From the NCBI GenBank assembly GCA_964422575.1, contig CAYRBW010000001.1, positions 1 through 39,730 on the forward strand: a DNA stretch of 39,730 nucleotides. Reading direction: 5' to 3'. Position 1 is the first letter of the stretch; each line of letters starts with the position of its first letter. Origin of the DNA: an uncultured Limnohabitans sp. (lineage in GTDB: Bacteria; Pseudomonadota; Gammaproteobacteria; Burkholderiales; Burkholderiaceae_C). Of the stretch, positions 1 to 8,712 are shown piece by piece. Position numbers and translations under genes: made by a program. Below the pieces are notes generated by a model, which saw nothing but the letters and a program-made list of their open reading frames with translations, was not told the DNA's origin and made no database searches.

Positions 1-689
1 GCCATGCCTTGGGCGTGATCCGCATGCTCATCGAGAAAGACGTGGCCCTCGATACAGGTAGTTTGCTTGCTGTAGTACTAGATATCATTTCTGACAATCT
101 TCGGCAGCAAGTCGTTGCAGGTGGTTTGCCTGCACTGATGGCTAGTGAATCATTGAAAACCATTGAAACTAGTACCGTGTTGGAGAGCGTTGTATCTTTC
201 ATCTACGACCGCCTGTCCGGCAGCCTGCGCGAGCAAGGCTTCAGCGCGCAAGAGGTCGATGCCGTCATGGCCTTGCGTCCCGCCCGTCTGGGGCAAGTCA
301 GCCAGTTCCTGTCGGCCGTGCGCGTCTTTGCTGCTTTGCCCGAAAGCCCGGCGCTGGCAGCCGCCAACAAGCGCATCGGCAACATCCTCAAGAAAGCCGG
401 CGAGGTGGACGCCCATGTCAACCCCGCGCTGCTGCAAGAAGATGCCGAAAAGAACCTTTACGCCGTCATGCAAAAGTTGCTGCCCGAATCCGAAGCGCAG
501 TTCAAGGCGGGTGACTACACCGCCAGCTTGCAAACCCTGGCCGCGCTGCGCGCACCGGTCGATGCGTTTTTTGACGACGTGATGGTCAATGCCGAAGAAA
601 TGGACCTGCGCCTGAACCGTCAGGGCCTGCTCAAGAGTTTGCATGTGGCCATGAACCGCGTGGCCGATTTGTCGCGCCTGGCCAGCTGA
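1..689 (+). CDS. glyS: Glycyl-tRNA synthetase beta subunit, C-terminal part (5' truncated by the window)
   Basis: DALR anticodon-binding domain motifs LAAANKRIGNILKK and VDAFFDDVMVNAE..LRLNR; glyS-gmhB-plsC synteny. Confidence 0.95.
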   Translation, partial: HALGVIRMLIEKDVALDTGSLLAVVLDIISDNLRQQVVAGGLPALMASESLKTIETSTVLESVVSFIYDRLSGSLREQGFSAQEVDAVMALRPARLGQVSQFLSAVRVFAALPESPALAAANKRIGNILKKAGEVDAHVNPALLQEDAEKNLYAVMQKLLPESEAQFKAGDYTASLQTLAALRAPVDAFFDDVMVNAEEMDLRLNRQGLLKSLHVAMNRVADLSRLAS

Positions 690-701
690 TCGCCATCGGC
701 C

Positions 702-1280
702 ATGTACACCCACCTGAAACTCGTCATTCTGGACCGCGACGGCACGATCAACCGCGCCAGTGACGAGTTTGTCAAATCACCTGACGAGTGGCACCCCTTG
801 CCTGGTGCACTGGAGGCGATCAGTCGCCTGAGCCATGCGGGATACCACGTGGTTTTGGCCACCAACCAGTCGGGTTTGGGGCGTGGCTTGTTGGACATGG
901 CCGCCTTGAATGCAGTGCATGGGCACATGCTCAAGAGCCTGGCTGTGGCGGGTGGGCGCATCGATGCGATTTTTTATTGCCCCCACGCACCCGACGAGGG
1001 CTGTGCCTGCCGCAAACCCGCACCCGGTTTGTTGCTGCAGATTCAGGAGCGGTATGGCATTGATTTGGCCGGTGTGCCCTATGTGGGCGATAGCTTGCGA
1101 GACATGCAAGCGGCTCAGGCCGCAGGTTGTGCGCCGCACTTGGTGCTGACGGGACGCCATCCCGACATGCCGAGCCAGACTTTGCCTGCCCATTTCCCTG
1201 CCAACACCCAAGTGCACACCGACCTGGCGGCCTTTGTAGACCACCTCTTGGGCGATGCTTCTTCCTTGTCCTCATCCTGA
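702..1280 (+). CDS. gmhB: D-glycero-beta-D-manno-heptose 1,7-bisphosphate 7-phosphatase
   Basis: HAD motifs LDRDGTIN, TNQSG, CPH..C.CRKP, VGDS..D. Confidence 0.95.
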   Translation: MYTHLKLVILDRDGTINRASDEFVKSPDEWHPLPGALEAISRLSHAGYHVVLATNQSGLGRGLLDMAALNAVHGHMLKSLAVAGGRIDAIFYCPHAPDEGCACRKPAPGLLLQIQERYGIDLAGVPYVGDSLRDMQAAQAAGCAPHLVLTGRHPDMPSQTLPAHFPANTQVHTDLAAFVDHLLGDASSLSSS

Positions 1281-1292
1281 ATCGCCATCACC

Positions 1293-2042
1293 ATGAACTT
1301 TCTCCGTTCCATTGCGCATGTTGTCTGGATGGCCGTCACGGTCATCCCATGGGCGCTGTTCGTGGTGGTGATCTCTTACTTTGTCAGCAGCACGCGCCTG
1401 TACTGGATTTGTGCCGCATGGCTGCGCTTGGCCGTCAACAGTGGCACTCAGATTTTGGGCATTAAAAACCGCATTCAGGGCATGGAAAACCTGCCCCAAG
1501 GCAGCAAAGACCCCGCCGTTTTGTTGGTCAAGCACCAGTCCACCTGGGAGACCTTTGTCATGCCGGCGATCATGCCGCATCCCTTGGCCTATGTGTTCAA
1601 GAAAGAGCTGCTCAGTGTGCCGTTTTTTGGCTGGGCCATGGGGCGTCTGGACATGATCCACATTGACCGCAAACAACGTTCACGCGCTTTTGCCAAAGTG
1701 GTGCAGCAAGGCCGCCGTCTCATGGAAGAGGGCGTGTGGGTGATCATGTTTCCTGAGGGCACGCGCATTCCACGAGGCCAAAAAGGCGAGTACAAAAGCG
1801 GTGGCGCACGCTTGGCCATTGCAGCAGGTGTGCCCGTCATTCCAATCGCGGTCACATCCGCCCGCTGTTGGCCGACACGCGCCTTCGTGAAGACCCCCGG
1901 CGTGGTGGATATCTCAATCGGTAAAGCCATCTCCAGTGAGGGGTGTACAGCCGAAGAACTGATGCTCGAAGTTGAGACATGGATCGAGTCTGAAATGCAT
2001 CGTCTCGACCCTGAGGCTTATCCGGCATCGGTGACCCACTGA
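1293..2042 (+). CDS. plsC: 1-acyl-sn-glycerol-3-phosphate acyltransferase
   Basis: KHQSTWE (HX4D/E) and FPEGTR motifs, N-terminal TM segment. Confidence 0.92.
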   Translation: MNFLRSIAHVVWMAVTVIPWALFVVVISYFVSSTRLYWICAAWLRLAVNSGTQILGIKNRIQGMENLPQGSKDPAVLLVKHQSTWETFVMPAIMPHPLAYVFKKELLSVPFFGWAMGRLDMIHIDRKQRSRAFAKVVQQGRRLMEEGVWVIMFPEGTRIPRGQKGEYKSGGARLAIAAGVPVIPIAVTSARCWPTRAFVKTPGVVDISIGKAISSEGCTAEELMLEVETWIESEMHRLDPEAYPASVTH

Positions 2043-2061
2043 GGTCTGCGGCGGGCCAACC

Positions 2062-3000
2062 ATGCGTGTGCCTTTGCAATTTGTGCTGGATTTTTTCACG
2101 GGGGGTGACCCTGTGATGCCAGCGTCCAGTCGATCGCCAGGGCCTGCAGAGTCCACGCCCGTCATCGCGTCACAAGATGCCATGCCGTCCTTGGATCGCG
2201 GTTCTCTCTCTGTCGATCCGGGCTTGACCGTTAGCTCGCCAGCGCTTGTGCCCTTGGGCTTCACACACCCTGTGGCCAATCGACACGCCCAGCTTCACGG
2301 GGTGCAGGTGTCTTACCGTTTTGAGCGTTCCCGCCGCAAGAGCATTGGCTTCATGGTGGGTGCCGATGGTTTGGTGGTGCGCGCGCCCAATTGGGTGCCG
2401 TTGCGCGAGGTGGATGCTGCCGTGCAGGAAAAAGGCCCTTGGATCGTCGCGAAGTTGCAGCAGTTCAAGGAGCGACAGACCGAACAGTTTCAAAAAGCCA
2501 TCGAGTGGCGACACGGTGCCGAAGTGCCTTATTTAGGCCGCACGGTACAGCTGTGTGTGCTCGAGCGCGGTGTGGGCCGGGTCTTGGGGCAAGACATTCC
2601 ACCAGAACAGGTGTTGCCTGTCATTGTGCCGCCTGGTGCTTCGGTCACGCAGGTGCGAGATGCGGCCCAGGTCTGGTTGAAGAAGCAGGCCAAAACCTTG
2701 TTTGAGCAGCGACTGCAGCACTTTGCCCCTCTCCTCGGGGTACGTTGGCAAAAGCTGAGCTTATCGAGTGCCAGCACACGCTGGGGCAGTGCGCGCAACG
2801 ACGGACACATCCGACTGAACTGGCGGCTGATCCACTTGCCCATCAGTCAAATCGACTATGTGGTGGTGCACGAGTTGGCGCACTTGCGTGAAATGAACCA
2901 CAGCCCCCGTTTTTGGGAGACCGTGGGTGAAGTCATGCCCGACTATGCGCAGCGGCGCAAAGCCCTGCGGCAAGTGCCGGTGGACTTGGCTCAGGATTGA
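2062..3000 (+). CDS. M48/YgjP (DUF45) family metallopeptidase
   Basis: TRWGSA...LNWRL...DYVVVHELAHLREMNHSPRFW signature. Confidence 0.9.
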   Translation: MRVPLQFVLDFFTGGDPVMPASSRSPGPAESTPVIASQDAMPSLDRGSLSVDPGLTVSSPALVPLGFTHPVANRHAQLHGVQVSYRFERSRRKSIGFMVGADGLVVRAPNWVPLREVDAAVQEKGPWIVAKLQQFKERQTEQFQKAIEWRHGAEVPYLGRTVQLCVLERGVGRVLGQDIPPEQVLPVIVPPGASVTQVRDAAQVWLKKQAKTLFEQRLQHFAPLLGVRWQKLSLSSASTRWGSARNDGHIRLNWRLIHLPISQIDYVVVHELAHLREMNHSPRFWETVGEVMPDYAQRRKALRQVPVDLAQD

Positions 3001-4115
3001 ACTGTGCTGAAGCGGTAAATGCCGTCGGTGCTGCGATGGCGCACCAATCGGCCAGCCAGCCAAAGCAAATTCAAATGGGCCACGGCCTCACCCATGGCAA
3101 AAGTGGTCTGGTGGACATCCAGTGCGCGTCTGAAAATCAAAGGCAGCGCATCGTGTGCGCTGTGGGCTTGCTGGCTGCAGGCTTGCAGCAACTCATTCAA
3201 ACGCTCGTCGTGGTGGGCGCGCAATTGCGCAATCCGTGAGGCCGCGCCTTTGAAGGGCCGTCCATGCGAGGGCAGAACCAGTGTCTCATCCGGCAGGTGG
3301 GCCATTTTGTCCAAGGAGTCCAGAAACAACTGCAAAGGATTGCTGTCGGGCTCCATGGCGTAGACGCTGACGTTGGTGGAAATCGAGGGTAGCAACATGT
3401 CGCCGCTGATCAGCAGTTGGTTTTGAGCATCGTGCAAGGCCATGTGCTCAGGTGAATGGCCAAAGCCACTGATGCATTGCCAAGTTCGCTCGCCGATGTG
3501 GATTGGTGCGTCTGCCATCAAACGCACGTAAGTGGGCGGTATCTTGGGCACCATGCTGGGGTAATAGCCAACGCGTGACTTGACCACTGCCAGTTCATCG
3601 GTATTGTTCCAGCCATGGGCGGCAAAAAATTGCACGGTGAGATCGCCGCCAAAGTTGGACTGACCGCTGCAAGCCAACATGGCCGACTGGTATTCGCTGG
3701 TGCTCATCCACAAAGGTGCTTGCCAGCGTTCGCACAGCCAATGCGCCAAACCCATGTGGTCCGGGTGCATGTGGGTCACCAGCACACGCAAGATGGGCAA
3801 GCCCTGCAGCACCGCTTGTTCGACTTGCAGCCAGGCCTCTCGTGTCACCGGGTTGTTGATCCCGCAGTCCACCGCAGTCCAGCCCTCTTGCACCACGCCC
3901 GCTTGTGTGGGGTGCGGCATGTGATCGCGCAGCAGCCACAGGTTGATGTGGTTCAGTGCAAAGGGCAGCCCCATGCGCAACCAGAAAATGCCGGGTGCCA
4001 CCTCGATGACCGAGCCCGATGCGGGCAGCTGTTCACCCAGCGGATAGTGCAAAGGTGAGGGTTGGACGCTGGCGTCTGGTCGCTGCATCACGGGGGCGGT
4101 GGGCAAATTGGACAT
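2991..4115 (-). CDS. MBL-fold metallo-hydrolase
   Basis: THMHPDHMG (HxHxDH), GHSPEH, SGD and PSHG motifs; usual divergent neighbour of liuR. Confidence 0.92.
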   Translation of the reverse strand: MSNLPTAPVMQRPDASVQPSPLHYPLGEQLPASGSVIEVAPGIFWLRMGLPFALNHINLWLLRDHMPHPTQAGVVQEGWTAVDCGINNPVTREAWLQVEQAVLQGLPILRVLVTHMHPDHMGLAHWLCERWQAPLWMSTSEYQSAMLACSGQSNFGGDLTVQFFAAHGWNNTDELAVVKSRVGYYPSMVPKIPPTYVRLMADAPIHIGERTWQCISGFGHSPEHMALHDAQNQLLISGDMLLPSISTNVSVYAMEPDSNPLQLFLDSLDKMAHLPDETLVLPSHGRPFKGAASRIAQLRAHHDERLNELLQACSQQAHSAHDALPLIFRRALDVHQTTFAMGEAVAHLNLLWLAGRLVRHRSTDGIYRFSTVQS

Positions 4116-4147
4116 GCGTCAGGTGGTTTGGGTTAGCATTCGGTTCA

Positions 4148-4169
4148 TTGACGTTGACGTTAACGTCAA
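4148..4169. promoter_or_regulatory. LiuR operator in the MBL/liuR divergent promoter
   Basis: TTGACGTTGACGTTAACGTCAA contains the perfect palindrome TTGACGTTAACGTCAA (4154-4169), matching the LiuR-type ACGT-NN-ACGT box. Confidence 0.8.
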
Positions 4170-4247
4170 ACATGAATTTCCATTCTAGGCGGCGGTTTTG
4201 GACAAAGCTGTCTCCGTTGCGCAAGCAAGCGAAGGACCCCTCACGCC

Positions 4248-4652
4248 ATGGCAAACACCTACACGATCAGCGATCTGGCTCAGGAATTTGACCTGACCAC
4301 CCGCGCCATCCGTTTTTACGAAGACATGGGTCTGTTGGAGCCCGACCGCTCTGGCCCGGGTGGACGCAACCGAATTTATTCAGCGCGGGACCGAACGCGT
4401 CTGAAGCTGACCTTGCGGGCCAAACGCTTAGGTTTGTCGCTCACCGAGGCCAAAGACCTGATTGACATGTACGACAGCCCGCGTGACACCGGGCCGCAGC
4501 TCAAGAAGTTTCTGGTGGTGCTGGCCGAGCACCGTCAGCAGCTGGAGTCTCAACTGGCCGACCTGGAGGCAACACTGGACGAGGTCAAAGCCCACGAAAA
4601 AGAAACCCGCAGTTTGCTGAACAAGGCGTCCAAAGCCTCGAATTCCAAGTGA
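4248..4652 (+). CDS. liuR: MerR-family regulator of branched-chain amino acid catabolism (LiuR)
   Basis: YTISDLAQEFDLTTRAIRFYED MerR HTH; RLKLTLRAKRLGLSL; flanked by LiuR-type boxes. Confidence 0.85.
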   Translation: MANTYTISDLAQEFDLTTRAIRFYEDMGLLEPDRSGPGGRNRIYSARDRTRLKLTLRAKRLGLSLTEAKDLIDMYDSPRDTGPQLKKFLVVLAEHRQQLESQLADLEATLDEVKAHEKETRSLLNKASKASNSK

Positions 4653-4686
4653 GTCCGGTCCTCGGTAAAAATGAAGGTGTTTTCAA

Positions 4687-4708
4687 TTGACGTTGACGTA
4701 AACGTTAG
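4687..4708. promoter_or_regulatory. Second LiuR operator, at the host/ICE junction (candidate att site)
   Basis: TTGACGTTGACGTAAACGTTAG matches 18 of the first 19 bases of the 4148 box; ICE parA starts ~90 bp later. Confidence 0.7.
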
Positions 4709-4798
4709 CAGATAAAAGAGAGATTTTCGTCCGCAAGGGTAAACCCTTGTTTTTTTGGCACATCCAAGGTCTGGTCACAAAGGTCACTTGGAGTTTTT

Positions 4799-5641
4799 AT
4801 GCCAAATACAGCGGTCATCTCTCTCGTCGGCACCAAGGGTGGAGTTGGTAAAACCACCCTTGCCGCAAATATCAGCGGCTTACTTGCCGATCTGGGGTTC
4901 AGGGTTCTTGCCATTGATGCTGACATCCAGCAGGCACTGAGTCAGTTCTTCCCGCCAACACAGCCCGTTCACTCGGGATTTTCAGATGTGTTGGCCAGAG
5001 GCGGATTGATTCTGGATCAGGACATTGTGTCCACTCAAATTGAAGGCTTGGACATGATTGTGTCCAACGTCTCCGAACACAGCCAAGCCTGGCTCAAAGA
5101 GCGCGAAGACCGTCTGGTCATGCTCAAACGGGCTGTACGTCAGCCCATTGTGCGCGATACCTACGACTTTGTCGTCATCGATAGTCAAGGTGCCAAGGGT
5201 GCCATCCAATCTACCGTGGCCATGGCTGCCGACTTCATTGTCTCGCCCTTCCCCCCCAGGATGATGGATTACGAAGTGTTCATACGGGATACCCTGGAAA
5301 TGCTCAGTGGCCTCAACAGCATGGGTGACTTCTCGCCCGAGCTTCGCACTGGCCCCCTGTCCATCGTGATCAATGGAGAGAATCGCACCAACCACTCCAA
5401 AGCGATTTCAGCTCAAGTGCGCGAACAGTTTCGCACCACTCCGGGCATCCGCGTCCTGGACACGGCTTTGCCATGGGTGACAGCTTATTCAGACTGCCGA
5501 ATGATGCAGCAGCCGGTGCACCGCATCAATCAAGCTGCAAGCACTTTGATGCACGAAGTCATCTATGAATTGCTTCCCAATCTCAAAGGACTGCAAGCCG
5601 AGAATAAATCGGTTGCTGACGACGTGCGGAGTGAGTCATGA
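4799..5641 (+). CDS. parA: ParA/Soj family ATPase
   Basis: KGGVGKTT deviant Walker A, IDADIQ, YDFVVIDS. Confidence 0.93.
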   Translation: MPNTAVISLVGTKGGVGKTTLAANISGLLADLGFRVLAIDADIQQALSQFFPPTQPVHSGFSDVLARGGLILDQDIVSTQIEGLDMIVSNVSEHSQAWLKEREDRLVMLKRAVRQPIVRDTYDFVVIDSQGAKGAIQSTVAMAADFIVSPFPPRMMDYEVFIRDTLEMLSGLNSMGDFSPELRTGPLSIVINGENRTNHSKAISAQVREQFRTTPGIRVLDTALPWVTAYSDCRMMQQPVHRINQAASTLMHEVIYELLPNLKGLQAENKSVADDVRSES

Positions 5642-7476
5642 GCAGCAACAAACGCATGAGCACCCAGGAGATGCAGGCGTTGGCAGCGCAAAGCGCAGCC
5701 AAGCCCCGCGTTGCAGCGCTCATCACGCCAGGCGATATTGAGGTAACGACCTCGATCCGTCGTTTGCGCGTGCTGGATGTCCATCAGTACGAGCACAACC
5801 CCCGCAAGGTAAGCAACAGCGCACTGTCCACGCTGATTGACTCCATCAGAGCCATTGGCCTGACAAACCGTCTGGCAGTTTGCCGGATGCCCGATGGCCG
5901 GTTTGTGACCGCCAAAGGTGGCGGCACCCGTTTGGAGGCGCTGCACCAGTTGGTATCGGAGATCGATGAGCAAGGTCGACCAACTGAAGCAGCCAAGCGC
6001 CTTGAATACCTTGACTTTGACGAAGTCCCGTTCATCAGTCATTTGTCGCTGTTGACCGCGCACATGGCAGAAAACATTGAGCGTGAAAACATGTGCTTTT
6101 GGGACACCGCATCCGGTGTCGTCATGCTGCGCAAAGAAATTCAAAAGGAACTAGGGCGAGATCTCGGTGGGCGCGAGTTTGTTGAGCAATTGAAGAAACG
6201 CGGTCTATCTAAAGTGGCTCATGAAAATTTGAGCGTCTATGAGTATGCTGTTAACCAGTTGCACAGCCTGAACGAGGTGGTCCTTCCTGAAATCACCCGC
6301 AACGATGTTCGTGACCATTTGCGCCCGACACTGGGCTTGCTTGAAAGCTTCTGGAGCAAGCACAGTAACACCGGAAAATTTGCCGATTTGCAGCAAAGCT
6401 GGCTCAGCCTGTACGACGCTGGCCCTGATGCCAATCGTTACAGCATCCAGGGCTTGGTATCCTATTTGCAAGACCAGATGGCACGCCACCTGGGCTATGA
6501 ACTCAGCGCATTCGAGCGTCTGTTGTCAGCCCACAAGCTCGATCCAGCCGCGCCACTGGAGCAGCTCAAGCAATCTCAACAGCAGCAAGCAAAGCCTGTT
6601 GCTGATCCAGTCACGCAAACGCCGTCTTCGGCCCCCTCTTCGGTTGAAACAGGCGATGCATTGCCTCCGGTTAATGGTGCACAACCACCTTCTGGTGCCG
6701 AAGAAACCGAAGATCAACGCATTGCCCGTGAGGGCCTAGAAAACCTCAAGCGGTCGTTGGCTAATGCCAACACCCTGCGCACAGGCCTGCCCGATGGGGT
6801 GGCTGCTGGATCTGCATCTGATTCCAGCAATGCAGGAACCAATGGTGATTTAGATGAAGACGATCCGAACAACGGCTCGTTTGCTGATCCGATTCCTGGT
6901 GGCGTTAAAACGGCATCAACCCATCAATTGCATGTCAAGACCCCCACAGGTCCGCTCCAAGTTAAAACAGGAGGGATGCCGCCTTCTGATGCGTCACAAG
7001 CCCATGTGCCTGGCCTTGATCCCCGATCTTCTGCATTGCAAATCATGCGTATGCATTTGGATCAACTGGCAGATCTCGTAGGCATCCGTGACTTCGTCCT
7101 CGATGCGCCAAGCATGCCTTATGGCTTTTTCATGGAAATTCCGCCGGTAGGTCTGCTTGGCGCTGACGTTCAAGATCTGGCTGTTCAGGGCTGGTGGATG
7201 CTGGCCAATCTGAGCGGCCAGCTGCCTGCAGACATTGATGCATTCCTGGCATCAGACATGTTGCCCGATACGGGTGCTGATGGTTATTTGCAGCGCCTTG
7301 CCGATGTCGATGCGTGGCAAGAGACCGTGCTGTCCAGTCTGGGCGGTCTAACTTTGCTGGACGCGGGCTTTGTGGTGCATGTGCTGACACAGCCATCGGC
7401 CATGGCCGATCTGGCGCTGGAGTTGATCGCGGCCATGAAGCAGGTCAATGAGCTTGCTTCAGGAGGTGCTGCATGA
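5638..7476 (+). CDS. ICE ParB-family protein (BisD-like)
   Basis: YEHNPR...GGGTRL ParB box, HMAENIERE; ATGA overlap with parA. Confidence 0.8.
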   Translation: MSSNKRMSTQEMQALAAQSAAKPRVAALITPGDIEVTTSIRRLRVLDVHQYEHNPRKVSNSALSTLIDSIRAIGLTNRLAVCRMPDGRFVTAKGGGTRLEALHQLVSEIDEQGRPTEAAKRLEYLDFDEVPFISHLSLLTAHMAENIERENMCFWDTASGVVMLRKEIQKELGRDLGGREFVEQLKKRGLSKVAHENLSVYEYAVNQLHSLNEVVLPEITRNDVRDHLRPTLGLLESFWSKHSNTGKFADLQQSWLSLYDAGPDANRYSIQGLVSYLQDQMARHLGYELSAFERLLSAHKLDPAAPLEQLKQSQQQQAKPVADPVTQTPSSAPSSVETGDALPPVNGAQPPSGAEETEDQRIAREGLENLKRSLANANTLRTGLPDGVAAGSASDSSNAGTNGDLDEDDPNNGSFADPIPGGVKTASTHQLHVKTPTGPLQVKTGGMPPSDASQAHVPGLDPRSSALQIMRMHLDQLADLVGIRDFVLDAPSMPYGFFMEIPPVGLLGADVQDLAVQGWWMLANLSGQLPADIDAFLASDMLPDTGADGYLQRLADVDAWQETVLSSLGGLTLLDAGFVVHVLTQPSAMADLALELIAAMKQVNELASGGAA

Positions 7477-8039
7477 GCTTCACCGCCACACTTCCTTCTG
7501 GAGTGCCTGCATCCGCTCAATGGCTGCGTCTTCAATCAGCTGCTTTGACTCGTTTGGTTGCCCTTGAGTTGCTGACTCAAGACGCTTTGCCTTTGTCCAT
7601 GGAAATGCGCATGGTGCTGGAACAAGCCAGCAAGGCAGACGACAAAGGGACGATTCATCCAGTGCTCGATCGCATGGGGTTATGGGTGGACTTGTCCCCT
7701 TTGAAGGTCTACGCCCAATATGTGGATGAACGAACCTGGCACAAAGCCGCACTGGCTTATTGCATTCGCCGCCAGGCGCATTACCCCTTGCTCAAGCGTT
7801 TATTTCCTGATGCCTCGCGTCAGGATATCCAACAGCTTCGCCAAGAGCTGAATGCCCCCTTGGTGAGTATCCACAGGCAAACCATTCCTGAGCCAGATTC
7901 CATTTGCATTTGGCAGTCATGGGTCGACATCCAAAAGCAGTTCGAACGAGAAATTGAGCAGTGGGTGCAACTTGCAGAAAAGTACCCCGCCTATCCACTG
8001 AACGTGCTGTACCAGTTCTTGGTCATCGCGGCCAAATGA
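7473..8039 (+). CDS. DUF2857/STY4526-like ICE protein (BisC-like)
   Basis: Position after ParB-like gene; similar size; LLKRLF...IQQLRQEL and IWQSW region. Confidence 0.55.
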   Translation: MSFTATLPSGVPASAQWLRLQSAALTRLVALELLTQDALPLSMEMRMVLEQASKADDKGTIHPVLDRMGLWVDLSPLKVYAQYVDERTWHKAALAYCIRRQAHYPLLKRLFPDASRQDIQQLRQELNAPLVSIHRQTIPEPDSICIWQSWVDIQKQFEREIEQWVQLAEKYPAYPLNVLYQFLVIAAK

Positions 8040-8050
8040 AGGAGGAGGCA

Positions 8051-8290
8051 ATGAATAAATTCAAGAGAGAAAACCGATATTTTGTCTTGAAAGCCACCGA
8101 TTTGCAGGCGTGTGGTTTAACCGAAGTTGAGCTGGACTCACTTGTAGCGATAACCGGAAAAGTTGACCAGTACCGGAGAGATGCAGGTAAACCGGATCTG
8201 GAATGCGTGATCGTGGAGAAAAATTGGCCAGAGTACGAACCAACCTGGCAGGCAATTGAAAACCGCATGGCAAAAGCATTGCAATCATGA
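8051..8290 (+). CDS. Phage-type hypothetical protein
   Basis: Strong RBS GGAGGAGG before ATG 8051; RENRYFVLK...ECVIVEKNWPEYE motif recalled from phage proteins. Confidence 0.7.
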   Translation: MNKFKRENRYFVLKATDLQACGLTEVELDSLVAITGKVDQYRRDAGKPDLECVIVEKNWPEYEPTWQAIENRMAKALQS

Positions 8291-8712
8291 AAACAGACAA
8301 CATTCCAGCGACTAATTTCAGCCAGGAACTTGCATCCAACGAACAGTTGGCATTTCTGGTTGCACAACCACCGATCGCTTTTCATCGAGTCTTTGTGGAT
8401 GTGACTGGATCGGCCACAGCGGCCCTTTTGTTGTCTGCCTGTATCCAGGACCAAGAATTGCACGCAAGCCCTATAGGCGGCTGGAATCAGGCTTCTGCTG
8501 AGGATTGGCAACAACTGACCGGCCTGTCCCGCAAAGAGCAAGCCACAGCTCGCAAAATTCTGCGTGAGCAGGGCTTGCTCGAAGAGCGTCGAGCCGGGTT
8601 CCCCGCTCAGTTCGAGATCAAGTTGAACTACGACCGATTGGCGCACCGTATGGTGATGGCCGCACGCTCACTGAGTGCGCAAACGCCTTCCAATCGCCCT
8701 GTTGCGCATTGA
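8287..8712 (+). CDS. Single-domain winged-HTH protein related to phage replication initiators
   Basis: IAFHRVFVDVTGSATAALLLS...EDWQQLTGLSRKEQATARKIL. Confidence 0.7.
   Translation: MKTDNIPATNFSQELASNEQLAFLVAQPPIAFHRVFVDVTGSATAALLLSACIQDQELHASPIGGWNQASAEDWQQLTGLSRKEQATARKILREQGLLEERRAGFPAQFEIKLNYDRLAHRMVMAARSLSAQTPSNRPVAH

Noticed and set aside
4653-4798. tRNA or tRNA-fragment att site
   Set aside because: No T-arm GTTCGA..C motif or cloverleaf is visible
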